Assembly (NCBI GenBank): GCA_944372205.1
Contig: CALVYM010000001.1
Location: 1-40,217 of the forward strand
Length of the DNA stretch: 40,217 nt
Direction of reading: 5' to 3'
Source of the DNA: an uncultured Bacilli bacterium
Lineage (GTDB): Bacteria; Bacillota_I; Bacilli_A; RF39; UBA660
Shown: piece by piece, positions 16,877-25,945 of the stretch
How positions within the stretch are numbered: position 1 is the first letter of the stretch
How the letters are laid out: each line of letters begins with the position of its first letter
The notes under the pieces: generated by a model
The model's input: the letters and a program-made list of their open reading frames with translations, nothing else
Database searches by the model: none
Told to the model about the DNA's origin: nothing
Program-made: the position numbers and the translations under genes

Positions 16877-18360
16877 TATTTATCTCGTGGTTTCATAGTT
16901 GGGAATAATATTACTTCTCTAATTGATTCTGCTCCAGTTAAAAGCATAATAAGTCTATCTATTCCAATACCAAGTCCTCCAGCAGGAGGCATACCATATT
17001 CTAGCGCCTCAACAAAATCGATATCCATTTCATTAGCTTCATCATTACCAAGTTCTCGCTCTTTTAATTGATTAGCAAACCTTTCATATTGATCAATTGG
17101 ATCATTTAATTCTGTAAAGGCATTAGCATATTCGGAACCCGCAATAAATAATTCAAATCTTTGGGTAAAACGAGGATCATTTGGGTCTTTTTTAGCTAGA
17201 GGACTAATTTCAATTGGATGACCATAGACAAATGTTGGTTCTAGTATTGTTTCTTCTACATATTTCTCAAAGAAAGCATTAACTATATGACCATAAGAAA
17301 AGTGTTCTTCTACTTCAATTCCATGTTCTATGGCAAGTTTTTTAGCATCTTCAAAAGACATATCTTGGAAAAAATCAATGCCAGTTGCCTCTTTAATTAA
17401 ATCAACCATATGAGCTCTTTTATATTTTGGAGCTAAGTTGATATGATTTCCTAAGAAATCTACTTCATATGTTCCATTTAATTCATAAGCTGCAGTACTT
17501 ATTATTCCTTCAGTAATATCCATCATACCTTCTAAATCAGAGAAAGCCTTATAAAGTTCAATGGTCGTAAATTCCGGATTATGTTTACGGTCCATTCCCT
17601 CATTTCTAAATAATCTACCTATTTCATAAACCGCATCCATACCACCAACTAAAAGGCGTTTTAAAGGTAGTTCAGTTGCAATACGCAAATACATATCAAT
17701 ATTTTGAGCATTATGATGGGTTATAAATGGCTTTGCAGCTGCTCCTCCAAGGATTGTATTTAAAACTGGAGTTTCTACTTCCGTATATCCTAAGTTATCT
17801 AAATAATTTCTAATAGAACGAATTATTTTAGGCCGAGCAAAAGCAATTCGTCTGGCATCATCATTCATTATAAGATCAACATAACGTCTTCTATATCTTT
17901 CTTCAACATCATTTAAACCATGATATTTTTCTGGAAGAGGTCTTAAAGCTTTAACTAAATGCGTATATTCTAAACATTTAATTGTAATTTCCCCAGTTTG
18001 AGTTTTCATAAGTATTCCTTTGATACCTACAATATCTCCGATATCTGCACTTTTAAATAAAGCATATGAATCTTCTCCAACATCATTAATTGAAATATAA
18101 ATTTGAATATTACCTAATTTATCTTTGATTGAGAAAAAACTGGCTTTACCCATTTTACGAATAAACATAATACGACCTGCAACAGTTACTTCTTTGTGCA
18201 TTTCTTCAAGTTCATCATGAGTCATATCTTGATATTTATCTTTAATATCTTTAGAAAAATCAGTAACGGTAAAACGATGACCAAATGGGTCAATTCCTGA
18301 TTCTCTTAATTTATTAGCTTTTTCTCTTCGAACTAATTCTTGTTCACTAAATTCACGCAT
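16876..18360 (-). CDS. lysS: Lysine--tRNA ligase, class II
   Basis: Class II LysRS signatures (GIDPFG, FRNEG, the GGLGIGIDRL motif 3 region). The track start is 18387. I prefer the ATG at 18360 (MREFSEQELVRREK...), which is preceded by GGTGATGG. Confidence 0.9.
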   Translation of the reverse strand: MREFSEQELVRREKANKLRESGIDPFGHRFTVTDFSKDIKDKYQDMTHDELEEMHKEVTVAGRIMFIRKMGKASFFSIKDKLGNIQIYISINDVGEDSYALFKSADIGDIVGIKGILMKTQTGEITIKCLEYTHLVKALRPLPEKYHGLNDVEERYRRRYVDLIMNDDARRIAFARPKIIRSIRNYLDNLGYTEVETPVLNTILGGAAAKPFITHHNAQNIDMYLRIATELPLKRLLVGGMDAVYEIGRLFRNEGMDRKHNPEFTTIELYKAFSDLEGMMDITEGIISTAAYELNGTYEVDFLGNHINLAPKYKRAHMVDLIKEATGIDFFQDMSFEDAKKLAIEHGIEVEEHFSYGHIVNAFFEKYVEETILEPTFVYGHPIEISPLAKKDPNDPRFTQRFELFIAGSEYANAFTELNDPIDQYERFANQLKERELGNDEANEMDIDFVEALEYGMPPAGGLGIGIDRLIMLLTGAESIREVILFPTMKPRDK

Positions 18361-18384
18361 TTCCATCACCAATACATATTTTAC

Positions 18385-18418
18385 CACAAAAAAACAATCT
18401 TAGAAACCCAAGATTGTT
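18385..18418 (-). terminator. Rho-independent terminator after the cohesin-like surface protein gene
   Basis: AACAATCTT (18393-18401) pairs with AAGATTGTT (18410-18418) around an 8-nt loop. T7 follows on the minus strand. Confidence 0.7.
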
Positions 18419-18427
18419 AAAAACTAC

Positions 18428-18967
18428 TTAAATCTTATATAATTTTTTGTTTTTCTTAGATACTATGTAAATTACTGCCACAGCACCAACGCCACAAGCA
18501 AGAATTGCTAAAGGTAATGTTGCACCAGTTTCAACTTCAGTTTCAGTAGTGATTTCGATTTCAACTTCACCACCAGCAGAAGGATTACTTATAGATAGAT
18601 TACAATCTTTAATACCTTCTTCTACTTCAAGAACTACTGTTGCTAAATCAAATTTTGAAGCACTGATTCCTTCAACAGATGTAAACATGAAACTTGCAGA
18701 ATTACCAGTATTATTTGTCCATCCATCTCCTGGAGTAACTGAAACTATTTTTCCTTTATCAGCTGGATTAAAAACAAAAGTACCACTAAATTCATTTAAT
18801 GTAGTATTATTGTTTTCTACCCACACTTCACAAACAGAACGACAAACACCTTCAGGACAGTTTGTATCCTTTTCACATTTACCTTCAATATCCAAAGCTT
18901 TTGCACTAAGTGGAAGTAGGCAAACAACTCCAACTACTAAAAAACTCAATAATTTTTTCACACACAT
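18428..18967 (-). CDS. Small secreted cohesin-like protein with a C-terminal sorting-signal-like tail (candidate sortase substrate)
   Basis: Signal peptide (KKLLSFLVVGVVCLLPLSAKA). Beta-rich core (FSGTFVFNP...IVSVTPGDGW...FDLATVVLEV). The C-terminus is EVETG-ATLPLAILACGVGAVAVIYIV-SKKNKK, that is a motif, a hydrophobic stretch and a basic tail. The real start may be the GTG at 18961, which is better spaced from GGAGAG. Confidence 0.7.
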   Translation of the reverse strand: MCVKKLLSFLVVGVVCLLPLSAKALDIEGKCEKDTNCPEGVCRSVCEVWVENNNTTLNEFSGTFVFNPADKGKIVSVTPGDGWTNNTGNSASFMFTSVEGISASKFDLATVVLEVEEGIKDCNLSISNPSAGGEVEIEITTETEVETGATLPLAILACGVGAVAVIYIVSKKNKKLYKI

Positions 18968-19089
18968 CTCTCCTATCTCTATTATGTCTAAATTATATCA
19001 TAAAAATACAAAAAACAACATATTTTTTTAAAAAATATATTAAAAAGTGTAAAATTGTGTTATCATATTAGAGTAATATAGGTGAAGTT

Positions 19090-20661
19090 ATGAGAAAAAT
19101 ATTAATTAAAATTAAAGATAATACTTTTATTATTAAAGAAAAAATTAAATTATCTAGTGAATATAAAAATATAATTAATACTAATGTTATTAGTTGTAAT
19201 GAACTAGTTTTTTCTGATGAATATATTCTTAATAACAAAAAAATTGTTGCTACGTTTATTAATGAATTAACTAAAACTTATAATATTGATACTTTAATCA
19301 TTGAAAAAAATGACTTTGCAATGCAATTTATTGATATAGTTAAAAATAATAAATTAATTACATCTTTAATATTAAAAGAAGATAGCCCTCTTACATTTAA
19401 GATGTGTGAAGCAATAATGCATTCATATATTAAAAATGTTAATTGCTATACCCTACAACCATTTATGATAGAATATTTAGATAAATATGATATTTTAGTA
19501 GAATCTAGAAATGAAATATTATACTTATCTAAATTTATGATTGATAATAATTTAAGTATTTTTTCATCTATATTTTATAAAATGACTATAACTTTAGATT
19601 TACCGATGAATGAAAGTGATGAACAAGATTTTGAGGCTTTTTGTAAGATTAATAAGTATTTGAAAACTATAAATGTTTTTATTGTTAATAAAAATGATTT
19701 AGAATATATAATTAAAACTTTAAGAGCTAATAATAAAAAGAATATTAAAATTATAATTCATGAAAATATTAGTAATTTAGAAGTAATAGAATATTTAAAA
19801 AATTTTAATAAGAAAAAAAGTAAAAGATATAAAATATATTTTAAATTAGAATATAGTAATGAATATTTAAAAGATAATATATTTAAACAAACAAATATAA
19901 GTATATTAAGAACTTGTGGATATTTAATATTATTAATTGTATTTTTCTCTTTTGGATATGTATTATATGATAATTATAAATCAATGCAAAATGATAGAAG
20001 TATCAAAGAAAATATAACTAAAGTAATTGAAATAAATAATTCAGAAGAAATAATTAATGAACTTAATAAAGATAAAGGTGAGGATGAAAAATTAGTTGTA
20101 AATGAAGATATTGCTAGTTTGTTAAATGTTAATCCAGAAGTTGTTGGATGGATTAAAATTAATAATACTAATATTGATTATCCTATTGTTCAGGGTGTTG
20201 ATAATAAATATTATTTGAAACATAATTTTTATTTAGAAAGTGATAATAATGGTTGGGTATTTATGGATTATCGTAATGATACCCAAGAATTAAGTGATAA
20301 TATAATTCTTTATGCTCATAATAGATATCAAAGTGGGGTAATGTTTGGAACACTACAAAATACTTTAAGGTATAATTGGTATAGTAATGCTGAAAATCAC
20401 ACAATAAGTTTTAGAACATTATATGAAGATTTAGAATATCAAGTTTTTTCGGTTTATAAAATAACTACTACAACCGACTACATGAAGACTATCTTTGCAG
20501 ATGATACCGATAGATTAAATTTTTTCAATATGTTAAAAAATAGAAGTATATATGATTTTGGAGTTGAACTTAGTGGTGATGATAAAATAATAACTTTATC
20601 TACTTGTGCCGATGATTATAATCGTTATGTACTTCATGCAGTATTAAAAACTAATAAATAA
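19090..20661 (+). CDS. srtB: Class B sortase fused to a long N-terminal cytoplasmic domain
   Basis: The C-terminal 230 aa or so carry SrtB-type signatures: VVGWIKINNTNIDYPIVQGVDNKYYLKHNF, ILYAHN and the catalytic TLSTC. A single TM segment (YLILLIVFFSFGYVLY) lies around residue 275. About 265 residues of unknown function precede it. SD AGGTGA. Confidence 0.8.
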   Translation: MRKILIKIKDNTFIIKEKIKLSSEYKNIINTNVISCNELVFSDEYILNNKKIVATFINELTKTYNIDTLIIEKNDFAMQFIDIVKNNKLITSLILKEDSPLTFKMCEAIMHSYIKNVNCYTLQPFMIEYLDKYDILVESRNEILYLSKFMIDNNLSIFSSIFYKMTITLDLPMNESDEQDFEAFCKINKYLKTINVFIVNKNDLEYIIKTLRANNKKNIKIIIHENISNLEVIEYLKNFNKKKSKRYKIYFKLEYSNEYLKDNIFKQTNISILRTCGYLILLIVFFSFGYVLYDNYKSMQNDRSIKENITKVIEINNSEEIINELNKDKGEDEKLVVNEDIASLLNVNPEVVGWIKINNTNIDYPIVQGVDNKYYLKHNFYLESDNNGWVFMDYRNDTQELSDNIILYAHNRYQSGVMFGTLQNTLRYNWYSNAENHTISFRTLYEDLEYQVFSVYKITTTTDYMKTIFADDTDRLNFFNMLKNRSIYDFGVELSGDDKIITLSTCADDYNRYVLHAVLKTNK

Positions 20662-20671
20662 TTAATATTTA

Positions 20672-21598
20672 TTAGTTTTTTTCAAAAGGATTTAAAGCTT
20701 TACAAATAGCCTTTTTAGGAGATCTGGTTAGTATAAAATTATCTTTTTTTACTTTATCTCTAGTTATACTTACATTATCAATATAAAACTTTTCAATTAA
20801 AGTTATAGCAAAATCATTAAGTTCATCTAAATCTTCTGTAAAATCATCTAAGACATAATTACCACGCATTTCTTCAACTATTTCACTAATTGGAGTACTC
20901 TCAATATAAGATATCACATCTTGCCATGAAGAATCTAAAATATCTTTTTCTTGTTCAATAATTAAATTTTTATAAACATTAGCAATAATGTATTGATAAA
21001 TTAAAGCATCATCTATTCCCGAATTTTGGACTTCAATACGGAAATTATTGATAAAATCTTCATCACTAGCATTATCTGAAAGTTCAGATTCTGTTATTTC
21101 ATATGTACTTAGTATAGTTATAATTGCCTCTTCTTCAGTAGTTAAATCTTGTAATATTTCTTGTAATGCAAATATACCAAACGGATTGATTGATAAATAA
21201 GTTGCTAAACTATCTAAAACATTTTCATAAGCTAAATGTTTTTCTAAATAATTTTTCATGGTAAATTCAATAAATTCTTTTAATATATTTTCATCTATTT
21301 CTCTATTTATTTTCTTTTCCAAAGGAAGTAGTTCAATATAATAAGTTAGTGCTTCATCTAATTCAAAATCTTCATATAATTTAGTTGCATAGTAAAATGA
21401 TACGTAAGCATCAGAATAAACAATTAATTTAGTAATTATATAAGCTAATGAAGGATTAATTATTTCCTTAAATTCTTGATTTATTATTTCTTTTGTTAGA
21501 TATTTACTTAAATCTTGAACATAATCTTCACTATTATCATAAAAGTATTTAACTTTTCTTTCTAATCTACTCCTACAAATATTAAATATATTATCCAT
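20672..21598 (-). CDS. Hypothetical acidic cytoplasmic protein
   Basis: Track ORF extends to 21640. I prefer the ATG at 21598 (MDNIFNI...), which has SD GGGGGT 4 nt upstream and does not overlap the upstream gene. No TM segments; D/E-rich. Confidence 0.6.
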   Translation of the reverse strand: MDNIFNICRSRLERKVKYFYDNSEDYVQDLSKYLTKEIINQEFKEIINPSLAYIITKLIVYSDAYVSFYYATKLYEDFELDEALTYYIELLPLEKKINREIDENILKEFIEFTMKNYLEKHLAYENVLDSLATYLSINPFGIFALQEILQDLTTEEEAIITILSTYEITESELSDNASDEDFINNFRIEVQNSGIDDALIYQYIIANVYKNLIIEQEKDILDSSWQDVISYIESTPISEIVEEMRGNYVLDDFTEDLDELNDFAITLIEKFYIDNVSITRDKVKKDNFILTRSPKKAICKALNPFEKN

Positions 21599-21615
21599 TT
21601 TTACCCCCATTTTTA

Positions 21616-22401
21616 TTAATCCATTTGTGATGAATTCCAATAATAAGTATCAGTATTACTATTATATTTGAATGTATGTTCATAAATTGTTAGATTATTT
21701 AAATAATCATTGATAGAAAAATCATTAGTATAGGTGATATTACTTAAAGAATCTCTAGCCTCATCATTATAACATAGATTAGTGGTTGTATCACATTTTA
21801 AATAATACTCATAGATTTTTATTGCATCTTCTGATACCGCATAGCGGGTTATGGATTTAAATTCGACAAAGTCTTTAGTAGTTTCTTCTAAAGTATCATA
21901 TATATAATAATAATTATCAACAAAAATAGCTTTAACTTTGTTGGTATAAGAAAATTCTCTAGGTTTAAGAGTTACTTCTGGTCCTAAAAGTAAATTAGTA
22001 ACTTCTTCAAATTTAGATAAACTTACTTTATAAAGTGGTGTATAGTTTAAGGAATTATTTACTACCCTATTTAGTTCTTCCTTAGTTAAAACTTCTAGAG
22101 AAGATTTATCATTATTAAGAATATATTGATAAACCATAGCATTAACATATTGCGGATTTTGATTAACGATAGTTTTACCAACATAATGAGTAGAATGAAT
22201 ACCACTATATTCTACTTCATTGTTTTCTAGAAAATAAGAATATAGTTGATGAATTGTTTCTTCATCTATTTTTTTTGAAATATTGTGTTCATCATTATTG
22301 CTAGTTTGATCTTCGAAATCAAATAATTTTATAAAAAGAACGCTTAAGGATATTACTAATATAGTAACTATAATAATCATTATAATTTTTTTCTTGTTCA
22401 T
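21616..22401 (-). CDS. Hypothetical N-terminally membrane-anchored extracytoplasmic protein
   Basis: The track start at 22428 is a GTG. The ATG at 22401 (MNKKKIIMIIIVTILVISLSVLFI...) has SD GGTGAT. There is a single N-terminal TM segment and the rest is predicted to lie outside. Confidence 0.6.
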   Translation of the reverse strand: MNKKKIIMIIIVTILVISLSVLFIKLFDFEDQTSNNDEHNISKKIDEETIHQLYSYFLENNEVEYSGIHSTHYVGKTIVNQNPQYVNAMVYQYILNNDKSSLEVLTKEELNRVVNNSLNYTPLYKVSLSKFEEVTNLLLGPEVTLKPREFSYTNKVKAIFVDNYYYIYDTLEETTKDFVEFKSITRYAVSEDAIKIYEYYLKCDTTTNLCYNDEARDSLSNITYTNDFSINDYLNNLTIYEHTFKYNSNTDTYYWNSSQMD

Positions 22402-22460
22402 AGAATCACCATAATTAAATTTTATCACGAGTTATTAACATTTACAAGAAATATTAAAAT

Positions 22461-22500
22461 TTTTTTAAAAGGAAAATATGAATGCCAAAGCATTCATATT
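22461..22500 (-). terminator. Hairpin or terminator overlapping the stop of 22499-23890
   Basis: An 11-bp stem, AATATGAATGC (22475-22485) with GCATTCATATT (22490-22500), around a 4-nt loop. TTCCTTTT follows on the minus strand. Confidence 0.5.
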
Positions 22501-23890
22501 AGTAGTTTGTATTATTAGTACAAGTATAACCTAAAGTATTTTCATAGTAATTAGTTTTAAATCCTCCATATGATGCATCAAAAGTTCCTCCGGCTTCTAA
22601 ATCAAGCATTGACTTTGGCAAATCTTCTGAAATAGTTAAGATGTATTTTTCATCATCATATGATGCTAAACCAGTGTGATTATTAAATGTAATTACTTCT
22701 TCTTTTTCTCCAATAACACTTAAGTAATCTTCTTCATTGGCAAATGTATATGTATAGATACGTCTAGAAATTCCCATATAATTTAGACCTTCTGTACTAC
22801 TACCTATTAGTAGATCATCACTAATAGTCATAGTTCCATCATACCCTTCAATACTTGTTTCAGGAGATAAACACTCTGTAATAGCAGTTATATCATATGG
22901 AGCTACATATAAAACAGCATTGACTGGTTTAGAATTTTTAGCATCATCACTTAATTTAATTTCAATATTATAAGGTCCTCCAGGAGTTGCTAGATAACCT
23001 TGTACGGCTTCTTCATCAGCAAAGCTATACATACAATTAGATGAATCTGTGCAAGTTTTAATGAAATCATCTACACTAATTGTAGTATCACCAACAACTT
23101 TATATACAACGTTTAATTGAGCCTTTGGTGGTGTTTTATCAACAACATGAACAGTTCCACTATATGTATCATCACCACAAATTATGGTAAAGTTGTAATC
23201 ACCTATAGCATTAGCATTAATATTGTTATTATTTAAATTACATGAATCTGCTCCTCCACCAGTAACTGTAGCATAATCATTAATATTATCAGATACAGTG
23301 TCTCCTAAATTAATGGTAACATCTTTAAGAGTAACATTAACCTTATTACTGCTCATATTTAAATAATAATAAAGACCAAAAGCTACTCCTGCTATTAAGA
23401 CAACAATAATGATAACAAATAATACTTTGTTCATTGGTCTTTTTGGCTTTTCTTGTTTTGGAGGTACAGCCCCAATATCTTCTATTTTAGTAGGTTCTAC
23501 ATAAGTTCCCCCGGCATTACCTAATGTTATACCACTAGGATCTGCTCCAATACCACCACTGTTACTTGGCATATTCGAATTATTTTCAGTCCCAGGAATT
23601 GGTGTTGCTACTGCTTCAGTAGGTGTTGGTGTATTTGTTAATGTTTCTGGTGATGCTACATTTGATGTATTAGGAGTACTATTTACTTGTGGTGTTGGTG
23701 ATGAAGGAGTAATACTTTGGTTTGCATTAGGTGTTATGCTTTCTTGTAAAGATTGAGGTTGGGTATTTACTCCGGTATTTTGGTTTATCACTGGTGTTGG
23801 ATTAATATTTTCTCCTCCAGTTTGTGGTGTTCCCAAAACATTTGGTTGCCCTAAGTTTTGTGGTTGTCCTAAATTATTAGATTCATTCAT
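22499..23890 (-). CDS. Hypothetical bitopic membrane protein: disordered P/T/N/Q-rich N-terminus, one TM segment, Ig-like extracellular region
   Basis: 463 aa. The first 150 or so residues are low complexity (GQPQNLGQPNVLGTPQTGG...). KPKRPMNK-VLFVIIIVVLIAGVAFGLYYYL forms the TM segment. The C-terminal region has DKTPP-type Ig-domain junctions. SD AAGGGG. Confidence 0.65.
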   Translation of the reverse strand: MNESNNLGQPQNLGQPNVLGTPQTGGENINPTPVINQNTGVNTQPQSLQESITPNANQSITPSSPTPQVNSTPNTSNVASPETLTNTPTPTEAVATPIPGTENNSNMPSNSGGIGADPSGITLGNAGGTYVEPTKIEDIGAVPPKQEKPKRPMNKVLFVIIIVVLIAGVAFGLYYYLNMSSNKVNVTLKDVTINLGDTVSDNINDYATVTGGGADSCNLNNNNINANAIGDYNFTIICGDDTYSGTVHVVDKTPPKAQLNVVYKVVGDTTISVDDFIKTCTDSSNCMYSFADEEAVQGYLATPGGPYNIEIKLSDDAKNSKPVNAVLYVAPYDITAITECLSPETSIEGYDGTMTISDDLLIGSSTEGLNYMGISRRIYTYTFANEEDYLSVIGEKEEVITFNNHTGLASYDDEKYILTISEDLPKSMLDLEAGGTFDASYGGFKTNYYENTLGYTCTNNTNY

Positions 23891-23946
23891 TTAATCAGCC
23901 CCTTATTATTTGCATACTTTAATTATACTGTTTTCTAAAAATTTTT

Positions 23947-25863
23947 TCAAGCTTTTTTATCAAATTCATCTGTAATAACTACTTCGGGAACATTATCCCA
24001 ATCAACTTTATTATTTTTAGTTAAAACTTTAATAATTTTTTCTTGTAATTCATTTTTATTAAAAGGTTTAGCAATATAATCAATAAAACCTTCGTTTAAA
24101 TATTTTTCTGCAGCTCCTGCAACAGCATCAGCAGTAACTGCAATAACTGGAGTCGTAAATTTAGTTATTTCTTGCATTTTTTTTAGAGTTTCTTCTCCAC
24201 TCAACTCAGGCATCATAATATCCATTAAAATCACATCATATTCTTCTTTAGCAATAATTTTACTAATTGCTTCTTGACCACTAGTGCAAGTAACAATATT
24301 TAGCCCCATTCCCATTAAAGCTTTTTTGGCAACTTTAATATTCAATATATTATCATCAACTATTAAGACTCTTTTACCTTTAACTGGAGATTCTTCTAAA
24401 TTAGCAACAATATTCATAACTTGGGTGTTACTTAAATCTTCTTTAGTTACCTCTTTTATTTTCTGGGGAATTTGAACAACAAATATTGAACCCTTACCAT
24501 AACTACTTTCTACGTTGATTGTCCCATGCATTAAATCAACTAATTTTTTAGTAATAGCAAGACCTAATCCTGTACCTTCAATGGTAGTATTTCTTTCAAC
24601 ATCTAATCTTTCAAATTTTTGGAATAATTTAGTAATGTTTTCTTTTTTTATCCCTATACCAGTATCTTCAACACTTATAATAAGTAAACATTTATTTTTT
24701 TGATTAATACATTTTACATTCAAATTTATATGACCTTCACTTGTATATTTTATTGCATTAGTAAGTAAATTACTAATAATTTGTCTAATATGAGCTTTAT
24801 CACCAATTAAAGTTTCAGGTACATCTAGAGCAACTGAGGCATTAAACTCTATATTTTTATCCCCTAGTCTAGTTTTAGCTAATTTGGTAATATTATCAAT
24901 TAGTTCTCTTAGATTATATGTTATATCAGTTATTTCCATCTTTTCACTTTCAATTTTATTGATATCAAGTATATTTCCTACAATATCTTGTAGCGTAAAT
25001 GAAGCATTTTTAATATCTATAATATCTTCTGCTACAACTAAAGGAACACTATCTTTATAGCTTTCAATATCTTCACTTAAACCAATTATAGCATTTAGTG
25101 GTGTTCTTATTTCATGAGACATACTTGATAAAAAATCACTTTTGGCACGATTAGCTTTTTCTGCCGCATCTTTAGCTAGTCCTAATTCAGTAATTAATCT
25201 TAAATCAGGATTTTCTATTGTATTATACATAATAGTTATTACTAAACCAAATATAGCATTTGTTAAAAGTATCTGTGGATTTATATTTTGGATAATTGCT
25301 GTTAAACTTAATAAAATAAGTAAAACTATAATAGGTAAACATTTCTTTTTCTTAACATTTTTAAAATGAGTTATTAACATTATAAACATTGCAATCATAT
25401 AAATTGCTGTAATTATAAATATAATATTAACACTTGGTCCTGTTGTATATTTAGCACCATCAATATTATTAAAATAAATAGGACTTAACATAATTAAAAG
25501 AACACAAATTAAATTTACAATTAAGAATATATGATATATTTTTTTATATTTATTTATATTTTCTTCATCAGATTTATTGTTATCAAATATGGTTATAGCA
25601 AAAGTATAGTCCATAAATCTTGATAACCATAAAAGAATAAATACTAAGAATAATTTTTGAATAAAAGAACCTAAGTAAGGTGTACCTTCAGTAAAAATAA
25701 TTGATAATTCTGTAATACAAGAAAGTAATGTTAAAATTATAAGTCGTTTAAACATTCTATTTTCTAATTTGTTGATTTTTTCCTTTGAGAAAAAAAGTAT
25801 TGTCGTAATAATAGTATAAATTAAAGCCGATATTGTAAAAAATATAGTTGAAGAAGCATTCAT
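23947..25863 (-). CDS. Hybrid sensor histidine kinase (multi-TM sensor, HisKA, HATPase_c and REC domains)
   Basis: H-box [12 protein letters not shown]-box [11 protein letters not shown]-boxes DTGIGI and GTGLGLAI. The C-terminal receiver has VDDN...ILMDIMMP...KPF. There are six or more N-terminal TM helices. The track start is 25896; the ATG at 25863 (MNASSTIFF) is more plausible. Confidence 0.85.
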   Translation of the reverse strand: MNASSTIFFTISALIYTIITTILFFSKEKINKLENRMFKRLIILTLLSCITELSIIFTEGTPYLGSFIQKLFLVFILLWLSRFMDYTFAITIFDNNKSDEENINKYKKIYHIFLIVNLICVLLIMLSPIYFNNIDGAKYTTGPSVNIIFIITAIYMIAMFIMLITHFKNVKKKKCLPIIVLLILLSLTAIIQNINPQILLTNAIFGLVITIMYNTIENPDLRLITELGLAKDAAEKANRAKSDFLSSMSHEIRTPLNAIIGLSEDIESYKDSVPLVVAEDIIDIKNASFTLQDIVGNILDINKIESEKMEITDITYNLRELIDNITKLAKTRLGDKNIEFNASVALDVPETLIGDKAHIRQIISNLLTNAIKYTSEGHINLNVKCINQKNKCLLIISVEDTGIGIKKENITKLFQKFERLDVERNTTIEGTGLGLAITKKLVDLMHGTINVESSYGKGSIFVVQIPQKIKEVTKEDLSNTQVMNIVANLEESPVKGKRVLIVDDNILNIKVAKKALMGMGLNIVTCTSGQEAISKIIAKEEYDVILMDIMMPELSGEETLKKMQEITKFTTPVIAVTADAVAGAAEKYLNEGFIDYIAKPFNKNELQEKIIKVLTKNNKVDWDNVPEVVITDEFDKKA

Positions 25864-25945
25864 AAATCCCACATCCTTGTACTTATTATAAACCATTTTT
25901 TATTTTTTTTAAATAGTAAAACCTTGACTTTATAAAAGCCAAGGT

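Noticed and set aside
18361-18427. A possible T-box or other leader upstream of lysS.
   Set aside because: Only about 30 nt separate the upstream terminator from the lysS SD. This is far too short for a T-box or riboswitch.
18549-19031. A 160-aa plus-strand ORF antisense to the cohesin-like gene.
   Set aside because: The minus-strand ORF has a signal peptide, a beta-rich domain and a sorting-signal-like tail, and is followed by a clean terminator. The plus-strand translation is S/T/P-rich, has no SD and would run into the sortase promoter region.
20672-21598. The acidic 308-aa protein considered as a sixth member of the helical paralog family.
   Set aside because: It lacks the family N-terminal K[ND]S.EY motif, the NNFEV block and the C-terminal IPIY or VTF strand. 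The similarity is only compositional.
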